Assembly: GCA_002715965.1 (NCBI GenBank)
Contig: PBAL01000099.1
Coordinates: 65,749-129,748 of the forward strand
Origin: Verrucomicrobiales bacterium
Lineage (GTDB): Bacteria; Verrucomicrobiota; Verrucomicrobiia; Limisphaerales; JAYPXF01
DNA length: 64,000 nt
Reading direction: 5' to 3'
Shown here: positions 20,306-30,733 of the stretch, piece after piece
Position numbering within the stretch: the stretch's first letter is position 1
Layout of the letters: each line of letters opens with the position of its first letter
Position numbers and translations under genes: made by a program
The notes under the pieces: generated by a model
The model's input: the letters and a program-made list of their open reading frames with translations, nothing else
Database searches by the model: none
What the model was told of the DNA's origin: nothing

Positions 20306-21310
20306 ATGAAAACTCTCTTATCTATCCTGCTGATTGCAATCGCAACGTCACTCAACCTGCAAGCCGCGCCGAGCTTTGCGCGCGAACCGATAGTCACCGA
20401 ATTCGACATCGATGAGTCGTGGCCAAAATATCCCGATCACATTGAACAAAAAGGCTGGGTTTCCGGCATGGCGATCGATGACAAACAGCAGATCTGGATG
20501 TTCAGGAAGGGACCGGACCCGGTTCAGGTTTTTCGGACGGACGGAACCTTCGTGCGATCATGGGGCAAGGGGCTGTTCAAGAGCCCGCATCACCTGCGCA
20601 TCGGTCCGGATGGAATGATCTGGGTTGCTGATTTCGATCAGCATGTGATTCAGAAATTCACGCCCGAAGGAAAGCTGCTTCAGACCGTCGGAACGCCCAA
20701 CGAATCCGGCGAAGATGAAACACACTTCAATCGCCCGACCGACATGGCGATTCTCCCGAATGGCGACATCTTCGTGACGGATGGCTACGGCAATCGGCGC
20801 GTGGTGCACCTGGACAAGAACGGCAAGTTCATCAAGGCCTGGGGCAGGTACGGTTCCGGTCCCGGTGAGTTTATCCTGCCACACGCGATCGTTCATGACT
20901 CCAAAGGCCGGCTCTATGTCGCTGATCGCAACAGTGGTCGCGTGCAAATCTTCAAGCAGGATGGGACCTTCGTGGATCAGTGGACGGGACTCATCATGCC
21001 GTGGGGACTTCACGTGGCTGGGGACGATGAGATCTGGGTCTGCGGTTCCTCTCCACATTGGTGGCGCCGTCACAACAAGTATCAGGAATACAAGGACCAG
21101 ATGTTCATGCGTTTCTCCACCGACGGACGTGCTCGCCTGATCTGGACCTTTCCGCTGGGCGATCCGGAAAACAAGAAGAACGGCGAAACCGTTGGCGCGC
21201 ACTGCCTGGTGAAGGACAAGGACGGAAACATTTACGTGGGCGACATTTATACGGAACGCGCGCAGAAATTCGTCCCCGTCACCGCGAGACCTCCTGCGCC
21301 CAAAAAGTGA
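20306..21310 (+). CDS. NHL-repeat protein, peptidyl-alpha-hydroxyglycine amidating lyase-like
   Basis: Signal peptide, FKSPHHLRIGPDG, FNRPTDMAI..FVTDGYGNRR, PGEFILPHAI, YVADR. Confidence 0.9.
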   Translation: MKTLLSILLIAIATSLNLQAAPSFAREPIVTEFDIDESWPKYPDHIEQKGWVSGMAIDDKQQIWMFRKGPDPVQVFRTDGTFVRSWGKGLFKSPHHLRIGPDGMIWVADFDQHVIQKFTPEGKLLQTVGTPNESGEDETHFNRPTDMAILPNGDIFVTDGYGNRRVVHLDKNGKFIKAWGRYGSGPGEFILPHAIVHDSKGRLYVADRNSGRVQIFKQDGTFVDQWTGLIMPWGLHVAGDDEIWVCGSSPHWWRRHNKYQEYKDQMFMRFSTDGRARLIWTFPLGDPENKKNGETVGAHCLVKDKDGNIYVGDIYTERAQKFVPVTARPPAPKK

Positions 21311-23715
21311 GACGTTTCGGACTGATCGCGTTGGTCCTGCTCGTTGCGTCGTCGGCTTGCGCCGGGCTTTACCCACGCAACACTGAAGTCCCGTTCGCCT
21401 ACATCCCTGGTGGCGAGCGCACCTGGCAATTGACGGACAAACCGTTGGCGAAAGGGGAGAGTCTCGCACTCGGCACACCAACGGACGGCTTGTCGATCGC
21501 CTTCGGACGCGATGGCCGGATGACTGTGAAAGCGGAAGCGGGACTAAAGAAGTCGTTCGAAATCGAGATCCAGTTTAATGGGGTCGGCCATTCCGCGAGT
21601 TCGAAGATACAGCTCATTTCCGCCCCACCGGACCGCCCCATCACCTATCTCTCCGATCAACTGGATGATTTGATCCGGATCTTTCGGGATAGCAAGACCG
21701 GTCAGTGGCGTCCTGTGACGCGTGATGCCTTCGATCAGTATTTCCGTCGACTGCAAGGACATGGCGTTCGCCGTCTGATTGTCTGGCCCAGCGCGTTTCC
21801 ACTGGTCAATGAGCCGGAGAACTACGGAGCCGAGAGCTGGTCGCTTTTCGAGAAGCAGGCACGCGCGTTTCTTGACGACAAAGAACTCAACGAAGTTCTC
21901 TACAGCACACCCAGCTACAAGCCCTACCAGTGGCACGGCATGCTGATGCGCTTTCGTTTGAACCGCGAATGGAGCCGCATGTACGCGCAAAGCGCTGCCG
22001 ATCATGACATCGCGCTCACGGTCAGCTATCGCCCTTTCGAACACGCCTTGATGAAGTATTACGTGATCCCGGTCTTCGATCACGAAGGGCGATTCCTCTG
22101 GAATTTCCTGCCCGGGGCAAATCCGTTGGTGAATTCCAATCCAGAGAAAGTTGCTTTCGCGCACTACCGCCAGATCTTAAAGGCCACCGGCAAAGACGAT
22201 CACGCCACGCTCGGGAGCATTACGTTGGCAGCTGTACCCGAATCGAAGCCGCGATCGATCACCTCGAAAAACCTCCGCGTCTTTGCGGCAAAGGCGCCAC
22301 CGATCGCCAGGAGTGCCTTCGTGATGTCTCAGAGGAAGGAGGGCGAGTTCGATGTTGTCCGATTCGGAAAGATCGCCGATCGCGTTGAGGCGCAACGCGT
22401 CGAACTGAAGGGCTGGTCGCTGAGCGCCGAAGATGATGGTGCGATCAAACTCTCCGGCCTCAGGCGGCCCGCCGGCCATCGTTACATCATCGTGAGGCGA
22501 GGGGAAGAATCGAACGAGCAACTCGCGTTGCCGGTCGAGCTTCCCGTCGTGGCCCGTTCAGTTGCGGGTTCGCGCATCGGGCGAATCAATGCACATTGGG
22601 CACTTGCCGATACCATCGACGAAAACGCCACCAGTCGTTTGGGGCCAATCACCAAGACCGGCACGTATCGAACCGACTTTCAGGCGATCGAAAACAGCTT
22701 CCGATTGGTGCGACGAAGCGGAAAAGCACTGCGACCGCTGGGTGGCGACGAAATCGTGATCGACTTCGGCTCCGATTGGTCGCCCGAAATGATGGACTAC
22801 AATCGTCCGGCCTCCCGGCGACTTGCCGTAGCAGAAATCAGGGCTGCACTTGCGGCTCCCGCCTTCGATGAGATTGTCATCAACACACGCTCGCACACGC
22901 AACTGGCGGGTTCACAGGGCGACGGCGAGCTGGGCGTTCAGACGATCGCTCATCATCGACGGCGCCGTAAGAACTACTTCCACAATGGAATCGATCGCGC
23001 GTATGGGCCCCGGTCCGTTGCGCAGAGTAAATCGATCCAGCCCTTGATTCAGAATGGATCCGACGAGGCGATCGAGAAGATCACCGATTGGCATGCCGGT
23101 GAATGGCAGGGCACCTGCCAGAGCGAATCCGACGGTCACCATTGGCGCTACGCCAGAAATGCAGCCGTGGCCAAGGGCGTGCGGAGTTTGTTGCAGGACC
23201 TGGAGAAGGAGTTCCCGAAGACACGCATCCGCGTGATGATTCCACCTCGCGCCGTGGTTGAAAACTCTGTGAAAGAGAACCTGGAAGATTTGCCAAACCC
23301 GGAGGGAGGCACCTATGACGCGCGTTACTACCGGTACCTGTGTTCCGGAAACAACCAGATCCCATCGATTGGCGAGGGAATGAGCATGCTCGATCTGAGC
23401 GGACTTCGCGCCGAACCGATGTTTCTCGGATTGCGTCACCTGCCCGATTCCAGACCGTTGAATCTGTTTGTCGACAGCTACCTGAAAAACCAGTCAGACA
23501 ATCACGGGTCGTCGTATCAAGGCGCCAAGAGTTTCTTTTACGAAGCCCAATACACCTTGCGCGACAAGGACAAGGCCGCGTCCGCCAAACGGCGCGAAGA
23601 GATCATTCGTAATTTGCTGGTCCGCCGGGAGATCGATGAGGTGATTCTCTATGAAGCCGCCAACTGGACTTACGATTTACCGTTAGACAATCCACACCAG
23701 TACCTCGAACGCTGA
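21307..23715 (+). CDS. Large exported protein (802 aa), putative glycoside-hydrolase-like TIM barrel with insertion
   Basis: GTG overlaps the upstream TGA. Signal peptide. Barrel-like strands GVRRLIVW, LTVSYRPFE, MDYNRPASRRLAVAEI..FDEIVIN, IDEVILYE. Confidence 0.75.
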   Translation: MRRFGLIALVLLVASSACAGLYPRNTEVPFAYIPGGERTWQLTDKPLAKGESLALGTPTDGLSIAFGRDGRMTVKAEAGLKKSFEIEIQFNGVGHSASSKIQLISAPPDRPITYLSDQLDDLIRIFRDSKTGQWRPVTRDAFDQYFRRLQGHGVRRLIVWPSAFPLVNEPENYGAESWSLFEKQARAFLDDKELNEVLYSTPSYKPYQWHGMLMRFRLNREWSRMYAQSAADHDIALTVSYRPFEHALMKYYVIPVFDHEGRFLWNFLPGANPLVNSNPEKVAFAHYRQILKATGKDDHATLGSITLAAVPESKPRSITSKNLRVFAAKAPPIARSAFVMSQRKEGEFDVVRFGKIADRVEAQRVELKGWSLSAEDDGAIKLSGLRRPAGHRYIIVRRGEESNEQLALPVELPVVARSVAGSRIGRINAHWALADTIDENATSRLGPITKTGTYRTDFQAIENSFRLVRRSGKALRPLGGDEIVIDFGSDWSPEMMDYNRPASRRLAVAEIRAALAAPAFDEIVINTRSHTQLAGSQGDGELGVQTIAHHRRRRKNYFHNGIDRAYGPRSVAQSKSIQPLIQNGSDEAIEKITDWHAGEWQGTCQSESDGHHWRYARNAAVAKGVRSLLQDLEKEFPKTRIRVMIPPRAVVENSVKENLEDLPNPEGGTYDARYYRYLCSGNNQIPSIGEGMSMLDLSGLRAEPMFLGLRHLPDSRPLNLFVDSYLKNQSDNHGSSYQGAKSFFYEAQYTLRDKDKAASAKRREEIIRNLLVRREIDEVILYEAANWTYDLPLDNPHQYLER

Positions 23716-23722
23716 ACCGCGC

Positions 23723-24540
23723 TCAATCGGCGGCAAGAATCTCCAGGAGGCGTTTCAGGAAATTGATATTACGTTGCTTCCGATCGATCAGTGATTCGTC
23801 GGAACGCCGTTGGTCGCGTCCACCGCCATGCAGTTCGCGAACACGATCGGCGAAGAACGGCTTGGGTTGGCTGGCCGCGGTGACTTCGTTCTCCAACACC
23901 TCCAGCCAGGCGGGAATGCGCGACAACATGTCCGCGGTGTCCTTCGGCTTGTACGCCTCCACAAGATCCATCAGGTCTACGGTCTCCAGAGCGCTGTAGG
24001 AATGCTCACTGGTGGTCTTGAGCAGGAACTTAAACAAGATCTCGCGTCGGCCTTCGTTCCGGAAGATTGACCGCCGGGCAATCGCCTTGAGCAGCGCGCG
24101 ATCCGGCTCGGGCGGGAGATTGTTGAGCATGTTCGACAATGTCTCAGGAATCTCGGCGTCGAGGTTCAGGCGCGTGCGAAGCGCTCGATCGTTACATCGG
24201 CAAGAGTTATCGAATGACGCTCCCCATCCTCCGTCTCCAGCGAGGCCACGGTGGGACAATTCGTCAAGGTTTGCACCAAGTTGTCCCGTTGGCCGCGCTC
24301 CAGCCGTTCTGCATCGAGCAGCGGAGAAAAGGCGGCCTGATCGGAAAACGTGGGGGTGAATTGCGCGGAGAAGAGCAGGTCGATTTCAATGTCTTCAAGC
24401 TCGGCCACCTGGTTTTCCAGAAACTCACCAAGTTCGTCGCGGCTGGTCTCGTGTCGCGAATTCACGTGATCCACCACCTGCTTCAACAGCGGACGCGGCT
24501 TCTCGAGTTCGACCACGATTGCGTCGACGAATTCCTGCAT
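23723..24540 (-). pseudogene. Hypothetical protein split by a 1-nt deletion (~272 aa if repaired)
   Basis: MQEFVDAI...TIERF, then a shift at ~24176, then TRLNLDAEIP...LEILAAD. The span is 818 nt, one short of a multiple of 3. Confidence 0.75.
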
Positions 24541-24574
24541 CTGCGGAGTATGGAGAGAACGGAGCGCGGAGACT

Positions 24575-24961
24575 TCCTGGAAGAAACTCCCCGATGGCTC
24601 GGCGCATCCGGACGTCCAGATTTCGTTGATGAACAGCCGTTGCATCCGCGCCATTGCCGGCGACGAAGAAAACTGGCCGCAGGCAGGAGACAACTTCCTT
24701 GTGGATCTGGATCTCAGCGAAGCCAATCTGCAAGCCGGTGATCAACTGACGGTTGGGACGGCGATCATCGAGATCACGGATGTGGATCATGCTTCCGGCG
24801 GTAAGATCACCCAACGTTACGGACGGGCAGCGTATCAACTGATGGAGAGACCAGAATTGCGAGCGCATCGTCTTCGCAGCCTGTTTGCACGTGTCGTGAT
24901 GGACGGTTTCGTGCAGAAGAGAGATTCGATTCTGAAATGCCAACCGCAGTTGTGGGAGTGA
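24575..24961 (+). pseudogene. 5'-truncated MOSC domain protein
   Basis: WKKLPDGSAHPDVQISLMNSR..AGDNFLVDLDLSEANL..GTAIIEIT..YG..FARVV. The N-terminus is absent and the usual HxGCxK Cys reads HASGGK. Confidence 0.75.
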
Positions 24962-24971
24962 AGGGTGATGG

Positions 24972-26144
24972 CTACCGGAAGCAGATCTGGTACACGCAAT
25001 CCTGGAAGTCCTTGGCTCCGGTGAGGATCTTGATTTCCACGCGCATGAAGTAGATCGGAAGATCGCGACGGTCGAGTTTCGGGAAACGGACGGCGTCCTT
25101 CTGCGTGGTGAGGATGATATCGGCCTGGCGCTTCTTCGCGCGGTTGATCGTGTTCAGAATCTCCTGCTGGGTGAATCGGTGATGGTCGGCGAAGCGCTTG
25201 GCGTAAACGAGGTCCGCGCCCATCTTCACGAGGCTTTGTTCAAAACTCTCCGGCTGCGCGATTCCACTCAACGTGGCGATCTTTTTGCCTTTGATAAAAT
25301 CCAGACCCTGTCGCTCACCGGTGAACACATCCTCGTAATAGAGCGGGTGATGAACGCACTCGATGATCTTCGCCGTGGCATTGTGTTTCTGAATACGGGC
25401 GCGCAGTTGGGCTGTTTCGCCGTCGCTTTTGGTGATGAAGATGTAGTTGGCTCGTTTGAGGTTGCGAGGTGGTTCGCGCAGTGTCCCGCGCGGAAGGAGG
25501 TAGTGGTTTCCGAAGGGCTGCTGGCAGTCGATCAACACCACGTCCCGCCGACGTCCGCGCAGTTTCCAATACTGAAACCCGTCGTCCAGCAGCAGGATGT
25601 CACAACCGAATTTTTGAATCGCAAATCGTCCCGCCTTCACACGGTCCTTGTCCACGAGCACCACGACATCCTTCAGGTTCGTCGCGAGCATGTAAGGTTC
25701 GTCGCCGGCGTGTTCGGAATCGAGCAGGAGCGATTTGCCGTCAGAGACAATGCGCGGGGGTGTCGTATCCTCGCGCAGCAGCAGTTTGTTCAGGAAACGC
25801 TTGGGCAGGGGGCCTGGATTGGAACGATAACCGCGGGATAATATTGCCACTTTTCGGCCTTCGTCCTGCAACGCCCGCGCAAATTTCTCCACAACCGGTG
25901 TTTTGCCCGTTCCGCCAACCGTGATGTTGCCCACGGCGATGACTTGCACGCCGAGGGTGGAATCGCGAATGATGCGGGAATTATAGAGGAACAGGCGCAG
26001 GCGGATGATAAGCCCGAACACCCGGGACAGTGCGTAAAGCAGGGAGCGCAATGCCGTCGCGCGTTTACCACGGCGTTGCTCAAAAATAACCTCGAGCGCA
26101 AACGTCTCGAGATTTTCTGTCCAAACCCGGATGGCTTTCCGCAT
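24972..26144 (-). CDS. lpxK: Tetraacyldisaccharide 4'-kinase
   Basis: [56 protein letters not shown]. Start at ATG 26144. Confidence 0.96.
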   Translation of the reverse strand: MRKAIRVWTENLETFALEVIFEQRRGKRATALRSLLYALSRVFGLIIRLRLFLYNSRIIRDSTLGVQVIAVGNITVGGTGKTPVVEKFARALQDEGRKVAILSRGYRSNPGPLPKRFLNKLLLREDTTPPRIVSDGKSLLLDSEHAGDEPYMLATNLKDVVVLVDKDRVKAGRFAIQKFGCDILLLDDGFQYWKLRGRRRDVVLIDCQQPFGNHYLLPRGTLREPPRNLKRANYIFITKSDGETAQLRARIQKHNATAKIIECVHHPLYYEDVFTGERQGLDFIKGKKIATLSGIAQPESFEQSLVKMGADLVYAKRFADHHRFTQQEILNTINRAKKRQADIILTTQKDAVRFPKLDRRDLPIYFMRVEIKILTGAKDFQDCVYQICFR

Positions 26145-26307
26145 CGCGCGGATTCTGACAGCGGGCTTGGGAATTCCGAGTCCGGAAACGCAAAGATATT
26201 CACGAACGCGTCCAGCCACACAACTGAAGGTGTTGTGATCCACATCGATGGCGTTGACGTTTTGCCACTCCGGGCTTAAAACATCGCCGTCACCCCGTTT
26301 TGAAGCT

Positions 26308-27663
26308 GTGAAATCGGCCCTCGTCATCGACGACGATCCCATCGTTTCCAATGTTCTCGTGCAGAACTTGCAGGAGGCTGGTTGGTCTGTGCACGAAGCC
26401 AATTGTGGCGAAGACGGTCTGCGACTGGCCAGGGAGAAGGAGCCGGACGTGATCATCTGCGACCTGTTGATGCCGCGAATGAACGGCTATCAGTTTTGTC
26501 GCGAAATCCGCAACGATGAGAAGTTCAGTCCCCAACCGCGGATCGTTGTCATCTCCTGCAGCAATTACGCGACCGATCGCGAGGGTTCATTGGCGGCCGG
26601 CGCGGACGATTTCCTGACCAAACCGATCAAGTCGACGGAACTGATTCACATCCTCTCACAGGAAAGTGGGACCACTTTCTTCCGGAAGCCGACCCCGGAC
26701 CTTCCCGGCATCACCCTGGCCGACACCCGGGTGTTCAGCCAAATGGTCGGAAGCAACACGCGAGTTCGGTTCTGGGGAGTTCGTGGCTCCATTCCGACTC
26801 CCGGTCCCAGCACGATGAAATACGGTGGCAATACCACCTGCGTCGAAGTTCGCGCGGACGGCCAATTGATCGTCCTCGATGCGGGCACGGGGATTCGTCA
26901 GCTCGGACGCGAACTTATGAATGAATTTCAGAGTCAGCCGATATTCTGCCACGTGCTGATCTCTCATACGCACTGGGATCACATTCAGGGCTTCCCGTTT
27001 TTTATGCCCGCCTACGATCCGAAGAATCACATCACGGTCATGGGTTACGAAGGTGCGCGGCAGGGATTGCAGGCGACGCTGAGCAGTCAGATGGAAAGTC
27101 CATACTTCCCGGTGTCCATGCAACAGATGCCGAGCAATCTCAACATCGAGGAGACATCGGATACGGAGTTCCACATCGGCCCGATTGAGATCACGGCATT
27201 CTTCGCCAATCACCCCGGCGTTTGCGTCGGTTATCGGCTCGATACCCGTCAGGGATCGATCGTGTTCCTCCCGGACAACGAACCGCATTCGCGCCTGCGC
27301 ATGGCGCCCAATCAGGAAAACGCCCAGTCGCTGGAGGTCCTCGAGTACGCCCGGAAGGAGGATGAGAAACTCATCGAATTCATCCAGGACGCGGATGTGG
27401 TTATCATGGACGCGCAGTATGATGCCGATGAATACAAGTCATACATCGGCTGGGGACATGGCTGCGTGGATGACGTGGTTGCCCTGGCGGTCATCGCGAA
27501 CGTGAAGAAGCTGTATCTCTTCCACCATGATCCTGACCACGACGATGCGATGATCGATCGCATGGAAGAATGGGCCAATGAACTGGTGGCGAATCACGGA
27601 GGCACGACCGTCGTGGAAGCCGCGCGCGAAGGGGTTTCCTGCGTCATCGAACCGGCACACTGA
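26308..27663 (+). CDS. Response regulator receiver + metallo-beta-lactamase-fold hydrolase fusion
   Basis: LVIDDD, IICDLLMPRMNG, FLTKP, then FWGVRGSIPTPG, YGGNTTC, DAGTG, HTHWDHIQG, FHHDP. Confidence 0.93.
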   Translation: MKSALVIDDDPIVSNVLVQNLQEAGWSVHEANCGEDGLRLAREKEPDVIICDLLMPRMNGYQFCREIRNDEKFSPQPRIVVISCSNYATDREGSLAAGADDFLTKPIKSTELIHILSQESGTTFFRKPTPDLPGITLADTRVFSQMVGSNTRVRFWGVRGSIPTPGPSTMKYGGNTTCVEVRADGQLIVLDAGTGIRQLGRELMNEFQSQPIFCHVLISHTHWDHIQGFPFFMPAYDPKNHITVMGYEGARQGLQATLSSQMESPYFPVSMQQMPSNLNIEETSDTEFHIGPIEITAFFANHPGVCVGYRLDTRQGSIVFLPDNEPHSRLRMAPNQENAQSLEVLEYARKEDEKLIEFIQDADVVIMDAQYDADEYKSYIGWGHGCVDDVVALAVIANVKKLYLFHHDPDHDDAMIDRMEEWANELVANHGGTTVVEAAREGVSCVIEPAH

Positions 27664-27694
27664 GGGCTCCCGCCTTCAACGACGCCGGCTTGGT

Positions 27695-27904
27695 TCACAA
27701 GAGTTGTTTATCTTCCCCGCCTTTTTTGCGGAGGATCTTCTTGATGGTCTCCAGATCCGTCGTGAGCTTGTAGACGGACTGGATCAATTCGTTCTTCAAG
27801 TCCTCATTCTCCAGTGAACGGATCGCGGGATTGAGCTTCAAGGTTGATTTGGACATCTCGTCGCAGGTGTTCTTGATGTCTTCGATGGCTTCTTCGGTTG
27901 TCAT
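27695..27904 (-). CDS. Small helical hypothetical protein (69 aa)
   Basis: 4-nt overlap with the upstream gene. Amphipathic helices and normal codon usage. Confidence 0.75.
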   Translation of the reverse strand: MTTEEAIEDIKNTCDEMSKSTLKLNPAIRSLENEDLKNELIQSVYKLTTDLETIKKILRKKGGEDKQLL

Positions 27905-28542
27905 GATTTCTGTGAGAAACGGTCGTTGGTAAAGGGATCGGCGGTGTTCGAATAGCCACGGCGTTCCCAGTAGCCGGGCTCATCGGTCTCAGAAAAGCGG
28001 AGTTCGCGAATCCATTTGGCACTCTTCCAAGCGTAGAGCTTGGGAACCATCACGCGCGCCGGTCCGCCATGCTCGCGACTCAAGGGTTCGCCTTCAAACG
28101 AATGCGCGATCATTACGTCGTCGTCGAGCATCGCGTCGAGCGTGAGGTTCGTCGTGTAGCCGTCATAACTCTGCATGATGACATGCTTCGCGCATTCCTT
28201 CGGCTTGACCAGTTCGGCGATGGTAAAGAACGCAACTCCGGAGAACTTCATGTCGAACTGGCTCCAGGTGGTCACGCAATGGATGTCGCATACGTCGGTG
28301 AACTTCGGCAGCTTGGAAAACTCATCCCAATTCAATTCCACCGGATTCTCCACCTCGCCATGGATCTTCAGCTTCCAGTTGGAATCATCCAGGTCGGGTT
28401 TGATGCCAAGGTCGAGGACGGGAAAATCCTTCACCTCGTGTTGGCCAGGAGGCATGCGTTCACCGCTGCGTTCGACGCGGACGTCCTTCCCGGACATCTT
28501 CCGCGCCCATCGTTCCTTGCGAGTGTTCAAGTCATCGGGCAC
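27901..28542 (-). CDS. Sulfite oxidase-like molybdopterin-binding oxidoreductase
   Basis: PPGQ..FPVL, DIHCVTTWS, GYTTNL, EHGGPAR, YAWKSAKWI, GYWERRGY. Confidence 0.93.
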   Translation of the reverse strand: MPDDLNTRKERWARKMSGKDVRVERSGERMPPGQHEVKDFPVLDLGIKPDLDDSNWKLKIHGEVENPVELNWDEFSKLPKFTDVCDIHCVTTWSQFDMKFSGVAFFTIAELVKPKECAKHVIMQSYDGYTTNLTLDAMLDDDVMIAHSFEGEPLSREHGGPARVMVPKLYAWKSAKWIRELRFSETDEPGYWERRGYSNTADPFTNDRFSQKS

Positions 28543-28624
28543 TGGCGGACCTTATCGTGTGTGCGAATTAAGACAAAGATGAAGGCAACGATTAAGAGTC
28601 ACTCTTGGCCAGCCCTCCATCGAG

Positions 28625-30055
28625 CTACTGAGTCGTCCAAGGCGCTCGGGCGTTCTTCTCGATCTCCGCATCGAGTGCCTTCATGCGCGCGTTCAACTTT
28701 TCCACGAGTTTGGGTTTTGCCGACGCGAGATTGTTCTGTTCGCCGATGTCGGCGCTCAGATCAAACAGGAACACTTGTGGCTTCGGGGTCGGGCGCTTCT
28801 TGTTCTTCGCATTGCGACGGTTGCGTGGTTGCCGCGGCTTCTTGACCAACAGTTTCCATTTCCCTTGGCGAATGCCTTCGATTACCCCGCGTGACGTGTA
28901 GTGGAGGAATTCGCTTCGCGGGGTCCTGGCTTTTGGATCCCTCAGCAGCGCCGAGGCGTCCATGCCGTCGATTTTCTTTCCTTTCGGCAGCTTGGATCCG
29001 GTGAGCGAGGCGATCGTCGGCAACATATCGATCGTGCCGACCAATTGGCTGCACTCGGTGCCGGCTGGAATGCGGCCGGGTCCCCACATGACGCAGGGCA
29101 CACGCTGGCCGCCTTCAAAGGTCGTTCCCTTGCCATCACGCAGAGGGCCTGCCGAGCCGCCGTGATGCTTGAAACTCAACCATGGCCCATTGTCGGTGGT
29201 GTAGATGACGTAGGTGTTCTTCGACAATCCCAGCTTGCGGATTGTTTGCATGATGCGACCGACTTCCGCGTCGATATGCTCGATCACGTTGACGTAGGCG
29301 TTGAGCGGATTCGGATCGCGAACGTCATCCGGAACATAGAGCGGAATGTGCGGCATGGAGTGCGGGACGTAGAGGAAGAACGGCTTTTCCTGGTTGTTCT
29401 CAATGAACTTCACCGCGCGATCGGTGTAGCGTCGGGTCACCGTGCGTTGATCCACCGGTAACTCAACGATCTTCTCGTTCTCGATCAAAGGCGTCTTCCA
29501 CTTGGTGAGCGTGGATTCGGGATCGGCCCATAGTATGTCCATACCGTCCGGACCACCCTTGGGCTTGCCCTTGTTGTCCGGGTGATTCATGTCGTTGGAG
29601 TAGGGAATCCCATAATACATGTCGAAGCCGTTGGCGCGTGGAAGAACTTCCGGATGGTGTCCCAGATGCCACTTGCCAAAACATGCGGTCGCGTAGCCGA
29701 GGGACTTCAGGTGATCCGCGATCGTGTGTTCATCCGGATTCAGTCCCTTCTTCGAGGCCGGAAACAGCACGTGTTGATGCATGCCCACGCGCTTCGGATA
29801 GCAGCCGGTCAGCAGTGCGGCGCGCGAAGGCGTGCACACCGGTGAAGCCACCATGAAGTTGGTGAAGCGCATCCCTTCTTTCGCCATACGATCGATGTTC
29901 GGCGTCCTGATCTTCTTCGAACCGAAACAACCCAGGTCCCCATAGCCCTGGTCATCCGCAAAGATGATCACGAAATTGGGCCGGTCATTCGCCAACGCGG
30001 AAAGAGGCAATAACATGAACGCGCCGACCAACAGCGCCAGGAGAATTCTTTGCAT
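28625..30055 (-). CDS. Sulfatase (arylsulfatase A-like)
   Basis: RPNFVIIFADDQGYGD, CTPSRAALLTG, GKWHLG, DNGPW. Start at ATG 30055. Confidence 0.95.
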   Translation of the reverse strand: MQRILLALLVGAFMLLPLSALANDRPNFVIIFADDQGYGDLGCFGSKKIRTPNIDRMAKEGMRFTNFMVASPVCTPSRAALLTGCYPKRVGMHQHVLFPASKKGLNPDEHTIADHLKSLGYATACFGKWHLGHHPEVLPRANGFDMYYGIPYSNDMNHPDNKGKPKGGPDGMDILWADPESTLTKWKTPLIENEKIVELPVDQRTVTRRYTDRAVKFIENNQEKPFFLYVPHSMPHIPLYVPDDVRDPNPLNAYVNVIEHIDAEVGRIMQTIRKLGLSKNTYVIYTTDNGPWLSFKHHGGSAGPLRDGKGTTFEGGQRVPCVMWGPGRIPAGTECSQLVGTIDMLPTIASLTGSKLPKGKKIDGMDASALLRDPKARTPRSEFLHYTSRGVIEGIRQGKWKLLVKKPRQPRNRRNAKNKKRPTPKPQVFLFDLSADIGEQNNLASAKPKLVEKLNARMKALDAEIEKNARAPWTTQ

Positions 30056-30174
30056 GCGCGGGATAAAACGCGACGCCCCTTCCTTTTCCAATGAGAAACT
30101 GACATCGATCGACGCCAGCCGGCACCAAGTCGTCTCCGCTTGCGCATTCGAAGAGCCGCCCGCACAAACGGCAC

Positions 30175-30687
30175 ATGAGTTACATCATGGTCGACATCGA
30201 GGCCGATGGTCCGGTTCCCGGGGATTACTCAATGGTTTGTTTTGGCGCGGTATTGGTTGAGGAGCCACTTGACCGGGAATTCTACGGCCGACTCACGCCG
30301 ATTTCCGAAAAGTGGATTCCCGATGCGCTGGCAGTCAGTGGATTCAGCCGGGAAGAGAGCATGCAGTTCGATGATCCAAAGGAGGTGATGGAACAATTCA
30401 GGGGATGGCTTGCGAACACGGGAAAGGGCCGGCCGATGTTTGTGTCCGACAACAACGGCTTCGACTGGCAGTTCATCAATTGGTACTTCCACCATTTCCT
30501 CGGTGAAAACCCCTTCGGTTTCAGCTCGACCAATCTCGGTTCGCTCTACAAGGGCGTGGTGCGGGACGTGTTCAAGAACTTCAAGCACCTGCGCAAGATC
30601 CGGCACACGCATCATCCGGTCGACGATGCGCGGGGCAATGCGGAAGCAATGCTGGCCATGAAGCGCGAGTTTGATCTGAAGATGTGA
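30175..30687 (+). CDS. DEDDh 3'-5' exonuclease (RNase AS / DUF5051-like)
   Basis: MVDIEADGP, NGFDWQF, HHPVDDA. Confidence 0.9.
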   Translation: MSYIMVDIEADGPVPGDYSMVCFGAVLVEEPLDREFYGRLTPISEKWIPDALAVSGFSREESMQFDDPKEVMEQFRGWLANTGKGRPMFVSDNNGFDWQFINWYFHHFLGENPFGFSSTNLGSLYKGVVRDVFKNFKHLRKIRHTHHPVDDARGNAEAMLAMKREFDLKM

Positions 30688-30733
30688 TCCTGTCCGCTTG
30701 ACCCCGAAGCGATTTGCCGCCAAACAGGTGGGC

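Noticed and set aside
21058..21306. N-terminal extension of the 885-aa ORF
   Set aside because: It overlaps the NHL gene. The signal peptide begins at GTG 21307.
24160..24200. Programmed ribosomal frameshift
   Set aside because: No slippery sequence or obvious stimulatory structure. A simple indel explains it.
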